DNA of 64,000 bases, taken from assembly GCA_015064415.1 (NCBI GenBank), contig SVSG01000008.1, positions 13,306 through 77,305 of the forward strand, given 5' to 3'. This DNA comes from Oscillospiraceae bacterium (GTDB lineage: Bacteria; Bacillota; Clostridia; Oscillospirales; CAG-272). The notes below the pieces were generated by a model, which saw only the letters and a list, made by a program, of their open reading frames with translations, was not told the origin of the DNA and searched no databases. Shown one piece after another: positions 25,196-33,721 of this stretch (the first letter of the stretch is position 1; every line of letters begins with the position of its first letter). The position numbers and the translations under genes were made by a program.

Positions 25196-28171
25196 ATGCA
25201 AGCTGTGAGCTATACGCCGATCAGGATACTGTCTATAGACGGCAGCGATATTTACCGTGCTATGCATCGCGTGGATGGTAATCTGGGGTTGACGCTGAAG
25301 GATACGCGCGGCAAGCTGGACACAAGCCGCTTCAGAGGGTTTCTCGACGCCAGTCTGGATACCGATCAGATCAAGAAGATCTATGCAAAGCACAAGGAGC
25401 TGCCCGGCAGCTTCCGTGTGTGCAAGGATTACACCACCTCCGTTGTGAACGTGTCCTTTGATTTTACGGTCAAGGAATTTTACAACAAAGGCAAGCGTCT
25501 TTTCGTGAGGGACGGCTACGATGCCCGTTGGGATATGCTGCACGACCACGTTCTTTTTGTTGAGGAGGACGGTGTAAAAAAGCTGATCGCCGTCGAGGTC
25601 GCGGACGATGAGAAGGAGCTGGACGAGCGTTACGTTCCCGTTTGCGAGCCCGTAGCGGAAGAGTTGCTTGCGGGATATTTTGCATACGATCCCGAAAGAC
25701 GGGCATATTACGTCAGGCGCCTTGGTTTTTTCGGCAGGACGGGAAGGGAAACCCTTATTCCGACGCTGGTCACAAAAAAGGAGATCCGTGCATGGCTTTA
25801 CGAAAACGGGTTTGATATAGACGGCGTGCATTACGTCAGATACAAGCGCAGTGCGGGCAGCAGCCGCGAGGGGCATTGCCTTTTTATTGCCGAGCCGTTA
25901 TATGAAGATATGATGGCGTGGAGCAGCTGCGGACTTGATCCGCAAGCGCTCACCGATCAGGCATCCTGGCAGGCGTACATATCCCTGACGCTCAGCAGTA
26001 TCGAAAAAAAGATCCATATCCCAAGGCAATCCATCATGATCATAAAGGATCAGGTCAGCACCTTTCGTGACACAGTGATCCGCGTGGGCGAATGTGGTGT
26101 GGGGCTTTCGGCATCCAGGGAAGAGGTCGAGATCAAAAACGTTGTCTGGGACGGCGAAGCGTTGCTTGACCGCAGTGTGTTTGAGGAAAACGGGTATGCG
26201 GATAAGGGGATGATGCTTCTTCGCAATCGTTTTTTCAAGACCTGCGCGTTCAATACCAATCTGCAGGAATGGTTTGCCGATCACGGCATCACGAAGCCGA
26301 GTCAGCTCGGCGGCTATTGCTCAAAAAGGACGCGCAGTATCGGGGATATTAAGCTTGTGATCACCGAAAGCAGCTTGAAGTATCTGAAATTCAAGCCCGC
26401 GGATGTGACGCTTTCGGACTGGTTTGAAAAATGGCTCGATCACATTTTCGTGGACAAGGAAAGTGCGCTTTTCGGCGTGGTGAAGACCGATAAAGCGATA
26501 GGCCCGATGCAAAACAGAATGGTCAAAACGAATTACCAGCTTCTCAACACCCTTGCGCTTTCCGAGCGTGATGCACATGCACTGCTTGCGCAATCCTTTG
26601 ATTTTTTGCACGCGATGCAAAAGGATCCCACGTACGTGCGCTATCATGCCAATCTGTTTGTAACGGACGGTTATGATGAGGAGGACACGTCCACCACAGA
26701 GAATTATCGCCAGAAGCTTATTTCGGATATCATGCGTCGCAGTGACGATTTTGAGGGCACTGTGTTCTATCGCAATTATCGTGCGGAGCTGTGCCGCAGC
26801 TTTAAGGAGCGATTGAAGCACGGCAGGGTGCTGATTGACGGTGGATACCACACGTTGCTTGGGAACGGTATGGAATTTTTGCATGCCGTGATCGACAAGA
26901 ATTATACGGTGGATGAGCCACTGGCGCTTGGCGACGGTGAGATATACGCGCCGAGATTTGCCGACGGCGAAGAGCTTTTGTGCGAGCGAAGCCCCCACAT
27001 CACGATGGGGAATTTATTGGTTGCCAAAAACAAATACGTGCCGGAGATCGAAAAATATTTCAACCTCGGTGCCGCGCGCTCTATCGTTTGTGTGAACGCG
27101 ATCCAAAGCAATTTGCAGCAGCGCCTCAACGGCTGCGATTATGATTCCGACTCGATGCTGATCACGAACAATGCGATCCTGCTTCGTACCGCAAAGGAAA
27201 ATTACGATAACTTCCCGGTGCCGTATTGCGACGTGCTCCCCGGTGGCAAGGTCACCTATACGACGGCGCCGAAGGATCTTTCGGAGCTTGACGTCAAGAT
27301 ATCCGAGAACAAGATCGGCGAGATCGTGAATCTTTCCCAGTTCCTCAACAGCTTGTACTGGGACAAGCTCTCGCGCGGTGAGCGGGAGGGGCTTACGGAG
27401 CTTTACGCCGATATTTGCAAGCTTGCGGTGCTTTCCGGCATGGAGATCGATAAAGCGAAACGTCTGTATCGGGTCTCAGCACTTGCCGTGCTGGCTGATC
27501 TTCGCATTCACAAGGATGCCTATAAAGAAGAACACAACGGCAAAATTCCTGCCTTTTTTGCATATATTACCGATAGCGAGCTTACGGATCAGACAAGCCC
27601 GCAGGCAAAGCTGGATACGGCAATGTCTTTCGTGTATGATACGGTCGACGAGGACAAGGGGCGCGCCCCCAGAAGCAAAAACGTGTATTACACAGAGCTG
27701 TTCGATCTTGATTTTGAAAGGGGAGATCCCACGGGGGCGTTTGCCAAGCGCCGCGATGCTATTTTGAGCTTTGTGGAAGAAGCGCAAAACAAGATCCGTC
27801 ATTTGAACTTTATCAGCAGTAAAAAGAACCGCTCGGAAAAACTGCTTGCCATAGAGGAGGCGGAGGCGCTGTTTGAGGAATGCAAAAAGAAGATCGAAAA
27901 AACCGCTGACGATCACGTGTACGCGCTGCTTTTGCGCGAGCTGGATAAGGGCGAGGAGAGCAAAAAAAGGGTCACGAGCTTCCACGCGCTGCTGTTTGCG
28001 GTCATGTGCTATGCAAACGAGGGGTATCTGCTCAAAAAACTGAAAAAGCCCACGTGCGAAATGCTGGATCTGTATCCCATAGCCGAGGGGGCTTGGTCTG
28101 ACGATCTGCCCGACAAGGTCATTGTATACGGGCATCCCTTCGTGAGGGCAAGAAGACAAAAAAGCAAATAA
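25196..28171 (+). CDS. Eukaryote-type RdRP / YonO-like two-barrel (DPBB) nucleotide polymerase homolog (991 aa)
   Basis: GGAGGTG lies 5 nt upstream of the ATG at 25196. Motifs: ERSPHITMGN (26984-27013); about 40 aa later LNGCDYDSDSMLI (DYDSD at 27137-27151); upstream RSAGSSREGHCLFI, VWDGEALLDRS and MLLRNRFFKTCAF, in the same order as the RDR/QDE-1 family motifs. Confidence 0.65.
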   Translation: MQAVSYTPIRILSIDGSDIYRAMHRVDGNLGLTLKDTRGKLDTSRFRGFLDASLDTDQIKKIYAKHKELPGSFRVCKDYTTSVVNVSFDFTVKEFYNKGKRLFVRDGYDARWDMLHDHVLFVEEDGVKKLIAVEVADDEKELDERYVPVCEPVAEELLAGYFAYDPERRAYYVRRLGFFGRTGRETLIPTLVTKKEIRAWLYENGFDIDGVHYVRYKRSAGSSREGHCLFIAEPLYEDMMAWSSCGLDPQALTDQASWQAYISLTLSSIEKKIHIPRQSIMIIKDQVSTFRDTVIRVGECGVGLSASREEVEIKNVVWDGEALLDRSVFEENGYADKGMMLLRNRFFKTCAFNTNLQEWFADHGITKPSQLGGYCSKRTRSIGDIKLVITESSLKYLKFKPADVTLSDWFEKWLDHIFVDKESALFGVVKTDKAIGPMQNRMVKTNYQLLNTLALSERDAHALLAQSFDFLHAMQKDPTYVRYHANLFVTDGYDEEDTSTTENYRQKLISDIMRRSDDFEGTVFYRNYRAELCRSFKERLKHGRVLIDGGYHTLLGNGMEFLHAVIDKNYTVDEPLALGDGEIYAPRFADGEELLCERSPHITMGNLLVAKNKYVPEIEKYFNLGAARSIVCVNAIQSNLQQRLNGCDYDSDSMLITNNAILLRTAKENYDNFPVPYCDVLPGGKVTYTTAPKDLSELDVKISENKIGEIVNLSQFLNSLYWDKLSRGEREGLTELYADICKLAVLSGMEIDKAKRLYRVSALAVLADLRIHKDAYKEEHNGKIPAFFAYITDSELTDQTSPQAKLDTAMSFVYDTVDEDKGRAPRSKNVYYTELFDLDFERGDPTGAFAKRRDAILSFVEEAQNKIRHLNFISSKKNRSEKLLAIEEAEALFEECKKKIEKTADDHVYALLLRELDKGEESKKRVTSFHALLFAVMCYANEGYLLKKLKKPTCEMLDLYPIAEGAWSDDLPDKVIVYGHPFVRARRQKSK

Positions 28172-28174
28172 AAA

Positions 28175-28215
28175 ACGGCATCTCTTTGCTGCGGCAGAGA
28201 GATGCCGTTTTTTTG
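28175..28215 (+). terminator. Intrinsic terminator after the polymerase-like gene
   Basis: acggcatctct...agagatgccgt plus a T7 run. Confidence 0.7.
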
Positions 28216-28428
28216 CAAAAAAATGACGCAAAAAACGGAATTTTGGAAGTTTTCGCCGATTTGAAAGCCGAGATCCCCTCGAAAACAGGGGATTTCGAGT
28301 TTTTTGGGAATTTGGTCAAATGGAACCCCTTTTGAAAAAGGGGATGGAGAATCAACCGCTATTATAAAAAACAGTAATGGAAGTTCTTTCTCCGATTTTT
28401 CCAAAATTTAAGAAATGAGGATTGACAC

Positions 28429-28731
28429 ATGAACAAAAAGGTGTATTGCGTCACGAACGAAAAGGGCGTGCAAAGCTTTTACCTGGAGGCGTGCGGCGAA
28501 ACGCATTATCTGTTTTCTCAGAATTTCAGACGCGGCGTGAAGGAGTACTTTGGGGCGGGCGTTCATCTGGATGCCGCTATCGATTATTCGCGCGCCGGTC
28601 ATGATACGGCGGTATTGCGCACGATGCGTAAATTGCCTGCTTTCATCAAATACATAGAAAAGCAATATGATATTGCGGTGCTTCGTCGAACGGCGAAACG
28701 AAACGCCACGTGGAAAAGAAGCGTCGCATGA
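28429..28731 (+). CDS. Small basic hypothetical protein (100 aa)
   Basis: GAGGA RBS. No recognisable family. Confidence 0.5.
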   Translation: MNKKVYCVTNEKGVQSFYLEACGETHYLFSQNFRRGVKEYFGAGVHLDAAIDYSRAGHDTAVLRTMRKLPAFIKYIEKQYDIAVLRRTAKRNATWKRSVA

Positions 28732-28746
28732 TAAATATATAAATAT

Positions 28747-28781
28747 AAAACAGGGGTGGATCACGGTTCGCCCCTGTTTTC
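28747..28781 (+). terminator. Hairpin plus T-run
   Basis: aaaacaggggtg...cgcccctgtttt. Confidence 0.55.
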
Positions 28782-28799
28782 CATTTTTCAACAGAGGAG

Positions 28800-29465
28800 G
28801 TGTTTGATATAGGTCTGTATTACACAAAGGGAATGGAACACATGGAACGAAACGAGGTGGAGGAAGCTCTCACAACGCTTATTGCGGGACTCGAGCGCGG
28901 GGAGAGCAAATGCGCCTTCGGCATTTTGCACGCGGTCACACATTTTTGCTCTTACACCGTGAGCGAGGAGGAGGGGATCTCGATTTTCCGCGCGTCCTAT
29001 CCCCAAATAAAGTCTCTCGCGCAAGGCGGGGACACCGAGGCAATGGTCATGGTTGCCGAGGGGATACGGCTCGGCTTTGTGGAAGAGGAGGACGAGCCGT
29101 ATTTGTACTGGCTGACGAAGGCCGCCGCGCTTGGCGATCTGCACGCGGATGCCATCCTGCGGGAATTGGAGGAGTCGGACGATCCTTTTGGGTTGCCTGA
29201 CCTGTCCGCATATCTGATAGGAGAGGGGGGAGACGAAACGGATCTGCTTTTGCTCGCGCAAGACGCGGAGGATATCGACCTTCCGGAAGAGCACGTACTG
29301 CTGGAGGAGCCGGACTTTGTGCTTCGTGAGCAGTTCGGGATCGACGAATATCTGAGAAGAAAGAAGGTGCGTTATGAGCTGATGAAATGTCAAGACAGCG
29401 CCGTGCTTCCCGAGGAGCACGAAGGTAAGGACATGGAATTTACGCAAGAGGAGGATGAGGAATGA
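28800..29465 (+). CDS. Sel1-like repeat protein with a long acidic C-terminal tail
   Basis: AQGGDTEAMVMVAEGIRLGF...YWLTKAAALGDLHA fits the Sel1 pattern. The tail is rich in E/D. Start uncertain (GTG 28800 abuts the AGGAGG; ATG at 28833). The stop overlaps the next ATG (ATGA). Confidence 0.55.
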   Translation: MFDIGLYYTKGMEHMERNEVEEALTTLIAGLERGESKCAFGILHAVTHFCSYTVSEEEGISIFRASYPQIKSLAQGGDTEAMVMVAEGIRLGFVEEEDEPYLYWLTKAAALGDLHADAILRELEESDDPFGLPDLSAYLIGEGGDETDLLLLAQDAEDIDLPEEHVLLEEPDFVLREQFGIDEYLRRKKVRYELMKCQDSAVLPEEHEGKDMEFTQEEDEE

Positions 29466-30529
29466 TACCGAGAAATGCAAAGAAAGCAAAATACGAAAGA
29501 CTGTACGCCAACGGACTCATGTACCTTGCCAAGGGGGAGCCGCTGCTCGCGCAGAAGTATCTCAACGAGGCCGTGATCCAGTTGAAGGATTACATTATGT
29601 ATCTTTTCGACGATGAACGCGCGGAGGCCAAGGAGTGGTTCCTTGAGCTGTGCGGACACATCAAGGAGATCGGAAAGTATTACACCACGGTCAAGGCGCA
29701 AAACCAAACGGAAGAGGAGCCGCTTGAAGCGGCATCGGGCACGGAATCCTTTGCCTTTGCCAAGGGGGAGATTCCGTGTGTTTCCTTTGATGACGTTGTG
29801 GGCCTGGAGGACGTCAAGGAGCAGATCTACGATATGGTGATCTATCCGCGCCGGTACCGAGAGCTCTATGACCGTTTTCGCAAGAAGATGGGCGGCGGCA
29901 TTCTTTTGTACGGCCCTCCCGGCAACGGTAAGACCATGATCGCCAAGGCGATCGCCCACGAGACAGAGTCCACGTTTTACCCCATCAAGTTTTCGGATCT
30001 CGGCAGTAAGTGGTTCGGTGAGACGGAGGGGCGAATCAAGAGTCTGTTCGAGCAGGCGCGCCGTGAGGAGAGCGCGGTGATTTTCTTCGACGAGATCGAT
30101 GCGATCGCGACCGCGAGAAGTGACTCCTGTGCCATGGACCGCGTTGTGGCGGAGCTGCTGACGCAGATCGACGGCATCAACAGATCCGAGGGCAATATCA
30201 CCGTGCTTGCGGCCACGAACAGACCCGAGAAGCTTGACCCGGCGATCCTTCGCCCGGGGCGCTTTGACGAGAAGATCCATATCCCCTTGCCCGACGCCAA
30301 GGCGCGTGCCGCCATGTTTGAGAAGCGCCTTTGCGGGGTGCCTTCCACCGTTGCCGATTTCACGGAGTTTGCCGCGCTTTGCGACGGATTTTCCGGCGCG
30401 GAGATCGCACACGTGTGCGAGAAAGCGAAGCAGCGCGTGATCCGCAGTATCATCTCGGGCGCGCCCAACGAGACCTGTATCACGCCCTTGGATATCCGTG
30501 AAGCGATCGCACACGTGCGCGCTTCCTGA
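29462..30529 (+). CDS. AAA+ ATPase of the Vps4/katanin/spastin (meiotic) clade with a helical N-terminal domain
   Basis: Intact Walker A GPPGNGKT and Walker B IFFDEID. SKWFGETEGRIKSLF (SKW.GESEK-type motif). ATNRPEKLDPAILRPGRFD. Confidence 0.8.
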   Translation: MIPRNAKKAKYERLYANGLMYLAKGEPLLAQKYLNEAVIQLKDYIMYLFDDERAEAKEWFLELCGHIKEIGKYYTTVKAQNQTEEEPLEAASGTESFAFAKGEIPCVSFDDVVGLEDVKEQIYDMVIYPRRYRELYDRFRKKMGGGILLYGPPGNGKTMIAKAIAHETESTFYPIKFSDLGSKWFGETEGRIKSLFEQARREESAVIFFDEIDAIATARSDSCAMDRVVAELLTQIDGINRSEGNITVLAATNRPEKLDPAILRPGRFDEKIHIPLPDAKARAAMFEKRLCGVPSTVADFTEFAALCDGFSGAEIAHVCEKAKQRVIRSIISGAPNETCITPLDIREAIAHVRAS

Positions 30530-30560
30530 ATACACTATTTCTAAAAAAGGAGATTTTCAA

Positions 30561-31277
30561 ATGGAAGTAATGAACTACAACAATCACAACGCAAACGAGA
30601 TCGCCGCAAACATTCTGCAGGGCGGGGAGGCATTCTGCAGCCCCGAAAGAAAGGGGATGAACCGCGTTGAGCGGATCAAGGACACGGTGGAGCGCTGGTA
30701 TGCGCTTCACCCCGACACCTACAAGGACCCGTATCAGCGCGCCATCATGAAGCATCTTTACACCGCGCTCGCCTACATGGGGGACGGTGAGGCATGCTCT
30801 TTGATGGAAATGCTTGCCTTCCGCGACTTAAGGGCGGCACAAAAGGCGGGCGACGAGCAGGCGATCGCCCGTGCCGAGGAGGAGATCGGATTCTGGCAGA
30901 CTGTGACCTTCCTTGTGATCAGCAAGGAGAAGGAGCCGCGCATCTCTTTGGCCTATCAGCTGCTTTTGGGGCTGGGATGCGAGAAGGACGCCGCGCGCGC
31001 GAGGGAGATCTACGAGCGAGAGAGCTTTGCCAAGTATGAAACGCTGACCGAGCGCGAGCGTGCCAAGCTGCGCGACGCGCGTGACGGCAAGCTGGTATGC
31101 CCGATGCCCGAGTTCAGAGGCCGCCTGATCGATGCCGTGATGGCAGGCGACCGTGAGCGCTACAAGCAGGTGTTTGACGAGGCGGTACGACAGGGTGCCG
31201 AGCGCGAGATCGACTCTGCCTGGTTTCTTCCGCACTATATCGGTGACGTCAAGTACGCGGAGGACACTCGCCCCTGA
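30561..31277 (+). CDS. Helical-repeat hypothetical protein (weak Sel1/TPR-like)
   Basis: AGGAG lies 8 nt upstream of the ATG at 30561. LAYQLLLGLGCEKDAARAREIYE resembles a Sel1 half-repeat. Confidence 0.5.
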   Translation: MEVMNYNNHNANEIAANILQGGEAFCSPERKGMNRVERIKDTVERWYALHPDTYKDPYQRAIMKHLYTALAYMGDGEACSLMEMLAFRDLRAAQKAGDEQAIARAEEEIGFWQTVTFLVISKEKEPRISLAYQLLLGLGCEKDAARAREIYERESFAKYETLTERERAKLRDARDGKLVCPMPEFRGRLIDAVMAGDRERYKQVFDEAVRQGAEREIDSAWFLPHYIGDVKYAEDTRP

Positions 31278-31399
31278 ATGACACATATAGGGAAGGGATC
31301 GCCCGCGGCGGAGTTCCTGTGGCCGAAGGTGCAGCTTGATTTTGACGACGGCAACCTTTCCCATACAAAAGCAAATATGATATAAAAAAGGAGTTTTAT

Positions 31400-31897
31400 A
31401 TGAATTACACAGAATTGTTCGACAAGATCGCAGAAGTAGGAGAGGAGATCTTTGCCCCTCTCGTCCGACAGAAAAGATACCCCTCGGACGCACTTGAATT
31501 TTACGAGGATTCCGAGGAGGTGTTTGAGGAAGAGGACGGCCTTTCCGCGCATATATTCCTGCCTGACGGCGTGTTCTCGTGGTTCCCCGGTACGCTTACG
31601 GTCAGTATAACGGTAAGTGAGGGGGAAGTGAACCTCTGGACGCGCATCGGAGAATCCTGCGTTGATGAAAAGGCGTTTGCGGCGCGCCGCAAAGCATACG
31701 ATACATCCGACTTCTCCTCGCGCTGGCGCATATGGGATACCCTCAGAGGAGAAGGGGACAACGCATTGGCGCTGTTCTCGACCTTCAAGGGGGACGCGAC
31801 GGATCGCATCGCTGCGGAGATCAAGGCGCGGTTGCAGATCTTGGTAAGTGATGCGTTTGGCGTGGCGATCACACCCCTTGCGGTGTGCTATAAATAA
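31400..31897 (+). CDS. Hypothetical acidic protein (165 aa)
   Basis: AGGAG lies 6 nt upstream of the ATG. Last gene before the right-hand repeat. Confidence 0.5.
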   Translation: MNYTELFDKIAEVGEEIFAPLVRQKRYPSDALEFYEDSEEVFEEEDGLSAHIFLPDGVFSWFPGTLTVSITVSEGEVNLWTRIGESCVDEKAFAARRKAYDTSDFSSRWRIWDTLRGEGDNALALFSTFKGDATDRIAAEIKARLQILVSDAFGVAITPLAVCYK

Positions 31898-31938
31898 AAG
31901 GAGCGAGACGGTGTGCGCGTTTGAATCGTCCGCACCGT

Positions 31939-31977
31939 CCAAAACAAAAGGGAGCACCTTGGTGCTCCCTTTTGTTT
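31939..31977 (+). repeat. Right copy of the 39-nt direct repeat / terminator hairpin (repeat family copy D)
   Basis: ccaaaacaaaagggagcaccttggtgctcccttttgttt equals 18461-18498 with one extra A. Confidence 0.85.
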
Positions 31978-32039
31978 GGTTATTTTTTAGAAGAAAACGG
32001 CAGAAGCAGATGCAAAAAGCGAGCTGCTATCCGTTTTTA

Positions 32040-33668
32040 TTACGTGCGGTTGACAGTGATCATATCCCGCCAGAACTGCACACTTGGGAGAACCTCTCCC
32101 TCCTTGAGGGGGGCGGGTCTTGTAACCCAGTAGGGCAGGATTTCCTCCTCCAATTCGGGGATCGAGGCAACCTCGCCGCGTGCGAACTGCTCCAAGCGCC
32201 CAGCAAGCGAGCGCAGGTGATAGGCAAGGCCGCCAAGGCGGTGCTCCTGCACCTCAAAGCCGTGCGGGCGGTTTTCCAGATACCACACGTCGCGCATCGA
32301 ATCGGCAAAGGCTTCTACCGCGTCACCCGTAGCACGGTAATCCGCCACAAGCGCCGTAAGCTGTACTATATCCTTTTTCTCATATGCCGCCCTTGTGCGT
32401 ACGCCCAGATCGTATTTAACAGCCATCACGCGACAAAGGTTTGCCATATTTTGATACAAGTAGGCATATGCTCCACCCTTGTCGGCAAGCGCCTGCAGGC
32501 GGGGGGCGTGGGCAACATAATTTTCCTTGGCGTGCGGCTGCGCGAGACTGTCCAAAAAGCCACAGAAGGGGTCGCTGAACAGCATATATTTGTGATACGT
32601 ATTGTCGTAGGGTCTGGTATTTCCGTAGTCGCCGGGAAGGTCCAGCAGCATCATATCGTCAAAGCGCTCGCCAATGATCTGTTCAAACTCTTTTTTGATC
32701 TGCTCCATATCCTTGACACCTTGGTGCCAGCGGCGCACGGCAAATAGGGACGGTAGCATCGAGAAGAAGGAGCAGTTCTTTCCGTCATCGCCCCACATCG
32801 TCATCACAATGTTTTCTGTGTTCTCCTCCGCGCATGCATCCATCGCAGGGAGCGTGCATTCCAGCGTAGCCTGATTGCTGACCGCCATACTGTTCCAGGT
32901 CCAGGCACAGCCCGCAAACCAAGATTCGCCGCCAAAGCGCTTATGCTCGCGAAGCATATTGCGATATCCGTCCCCATTCGTGCTGTGATAGCGCCAGAAC
33001 ACCTGCGAAACACCCTTGGGACAAAGCGCAATGACCTCGTCGGAAAGCTTTACCTCCTCGGGGGTATTCAGCGCCTCGTATTGCCCGTGCTCCAGGTGGA
33101 AGAACATATCCGACCACATGATCGGCTCAAAATCAAATTCCTTTGCAATCTCGATGACGCGCCCCAAGTGGCGCAAAAGGATCTCGTGCGCGGGAACGTA
33201 TCCGTTTTTCTTTAAGTAAGCGCCAAGGCCGAGACCGTACGCCTCGTCCATACCGATGTTGATGACGGTGGCGCGAGGGTATGCCTCACGGCAGGCAGCA
33301 AACATACGGCGGATGAGTGCGTAGGTGCGCTCGTCCTCTGTAAGCAATACGGGCTCCATATCGCATATCTGACGGTACGGTCCCCAGCGAAAGATGGAAT
33401 TGAGATGCCCGAGTGTTTGAATCGCAGGGATGACCTCGATGCCGATCGAGTGGCAGTATTCCGAGATCGAGCGCAGCTCCTCTTTCGTATATCTGCCGCG
33501 CAGATAGCCGAAATACGGCTCCCCCTCGATCTCATAGGTGTCCTCCGTATACAGCATCAGCATATTGTAGCCCATCTTCAAAAGAAGATCGGCATACTCC
33601 TTCACCTTTTCCGGTTTCATCACCGCATTGCGCGAGCAGTCCAGCATCACGCCAAATCGTTTTGTCAT
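32040..33668 (-). CDS. GH20 beta-N-acetylhexosaminidase-like glycoside hydrolase
   Basis: 542 aa. GVMLDCSRNAV, IPAIQTLGHL and INIGMDEAYGLG (D-E pair) are typical of the GH20 catalytic domain. Confidence 0.7.
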   Translation of the reverse strand: MTKRFGVMLDCSRNAVMKPEKVKEYADLLLKMGYNMLMLYTEDTYEIEGEPYFGYLRGRYTKEELRSISEYCHSIGIEVIPAIQTLGHLNSIFRWGPYRQICDMEPVLLTEDERTYALIRRMFAACREAYPRATVINIGMDEAYGLGLGAYLKKNGYVPAHEILLRHLGRVIEIAKEFDFEPIMWSDMFFHLEHGQYEALNTPEEVKLSDEVIALCPKGVSQVFWRYHSTNGDGYRNMLREHKRFGGESWFAGCAWTWNSMAVSNQATLECTLPAMDACAEENTENIVMTMWGDDGKNCSFFSMLPSLFAVRRWHQGVKDMEQIKKEFEQIIGERFDDMMLLDLPGDYGNTRPYDNTYHKYMLFSDPFCGFLDSLAQPHAKENYVAHAPRLQALADKGGAYAYLYQNMANLCRVMAVKYDLGVRTRAAYEKKDIVQLTALVADYRATGDAVEAFADSMRDVWYLENRPHGFEVQEHRLGGLAYHLRSLAGRLEQFARGEVASIPELEEEILPYWVTRPAPLKEGEVLPSVQFWRDMITVNRT

Positions 33669-33721
33669 AATAGTTCCTCCTATGTGATAATTTTGTATCC
33701 AAGTCGTAGCTTGATGTGTCG

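Noticed and set aside
28216-28428. A/T-rich spacer with hairpins (gagatcccct...aggggatttc plus T6 at 28271-28306; ccccttttgaaaaagggg at 28326-28343). It shares a tttcg / ttttgg flavour with 8560-8700 and 41440-41610.
   Set aside because: I could only align short words (for example acggaattttg) between the three regions. That is insufficient to call a repeat family or an RNA gene. The hairpins may just be secondary terminators.
18461-31977. Interpretation of the 13.4-kb island as a prophage (because YonO is prophage-borne in Bacillus).
   Set aside because: No integrase, terminase, portal, capsid, tail or lysis genes are recognisable among the ORFs. I therefore describe it as an island of unknown mobility rather than a prophage.
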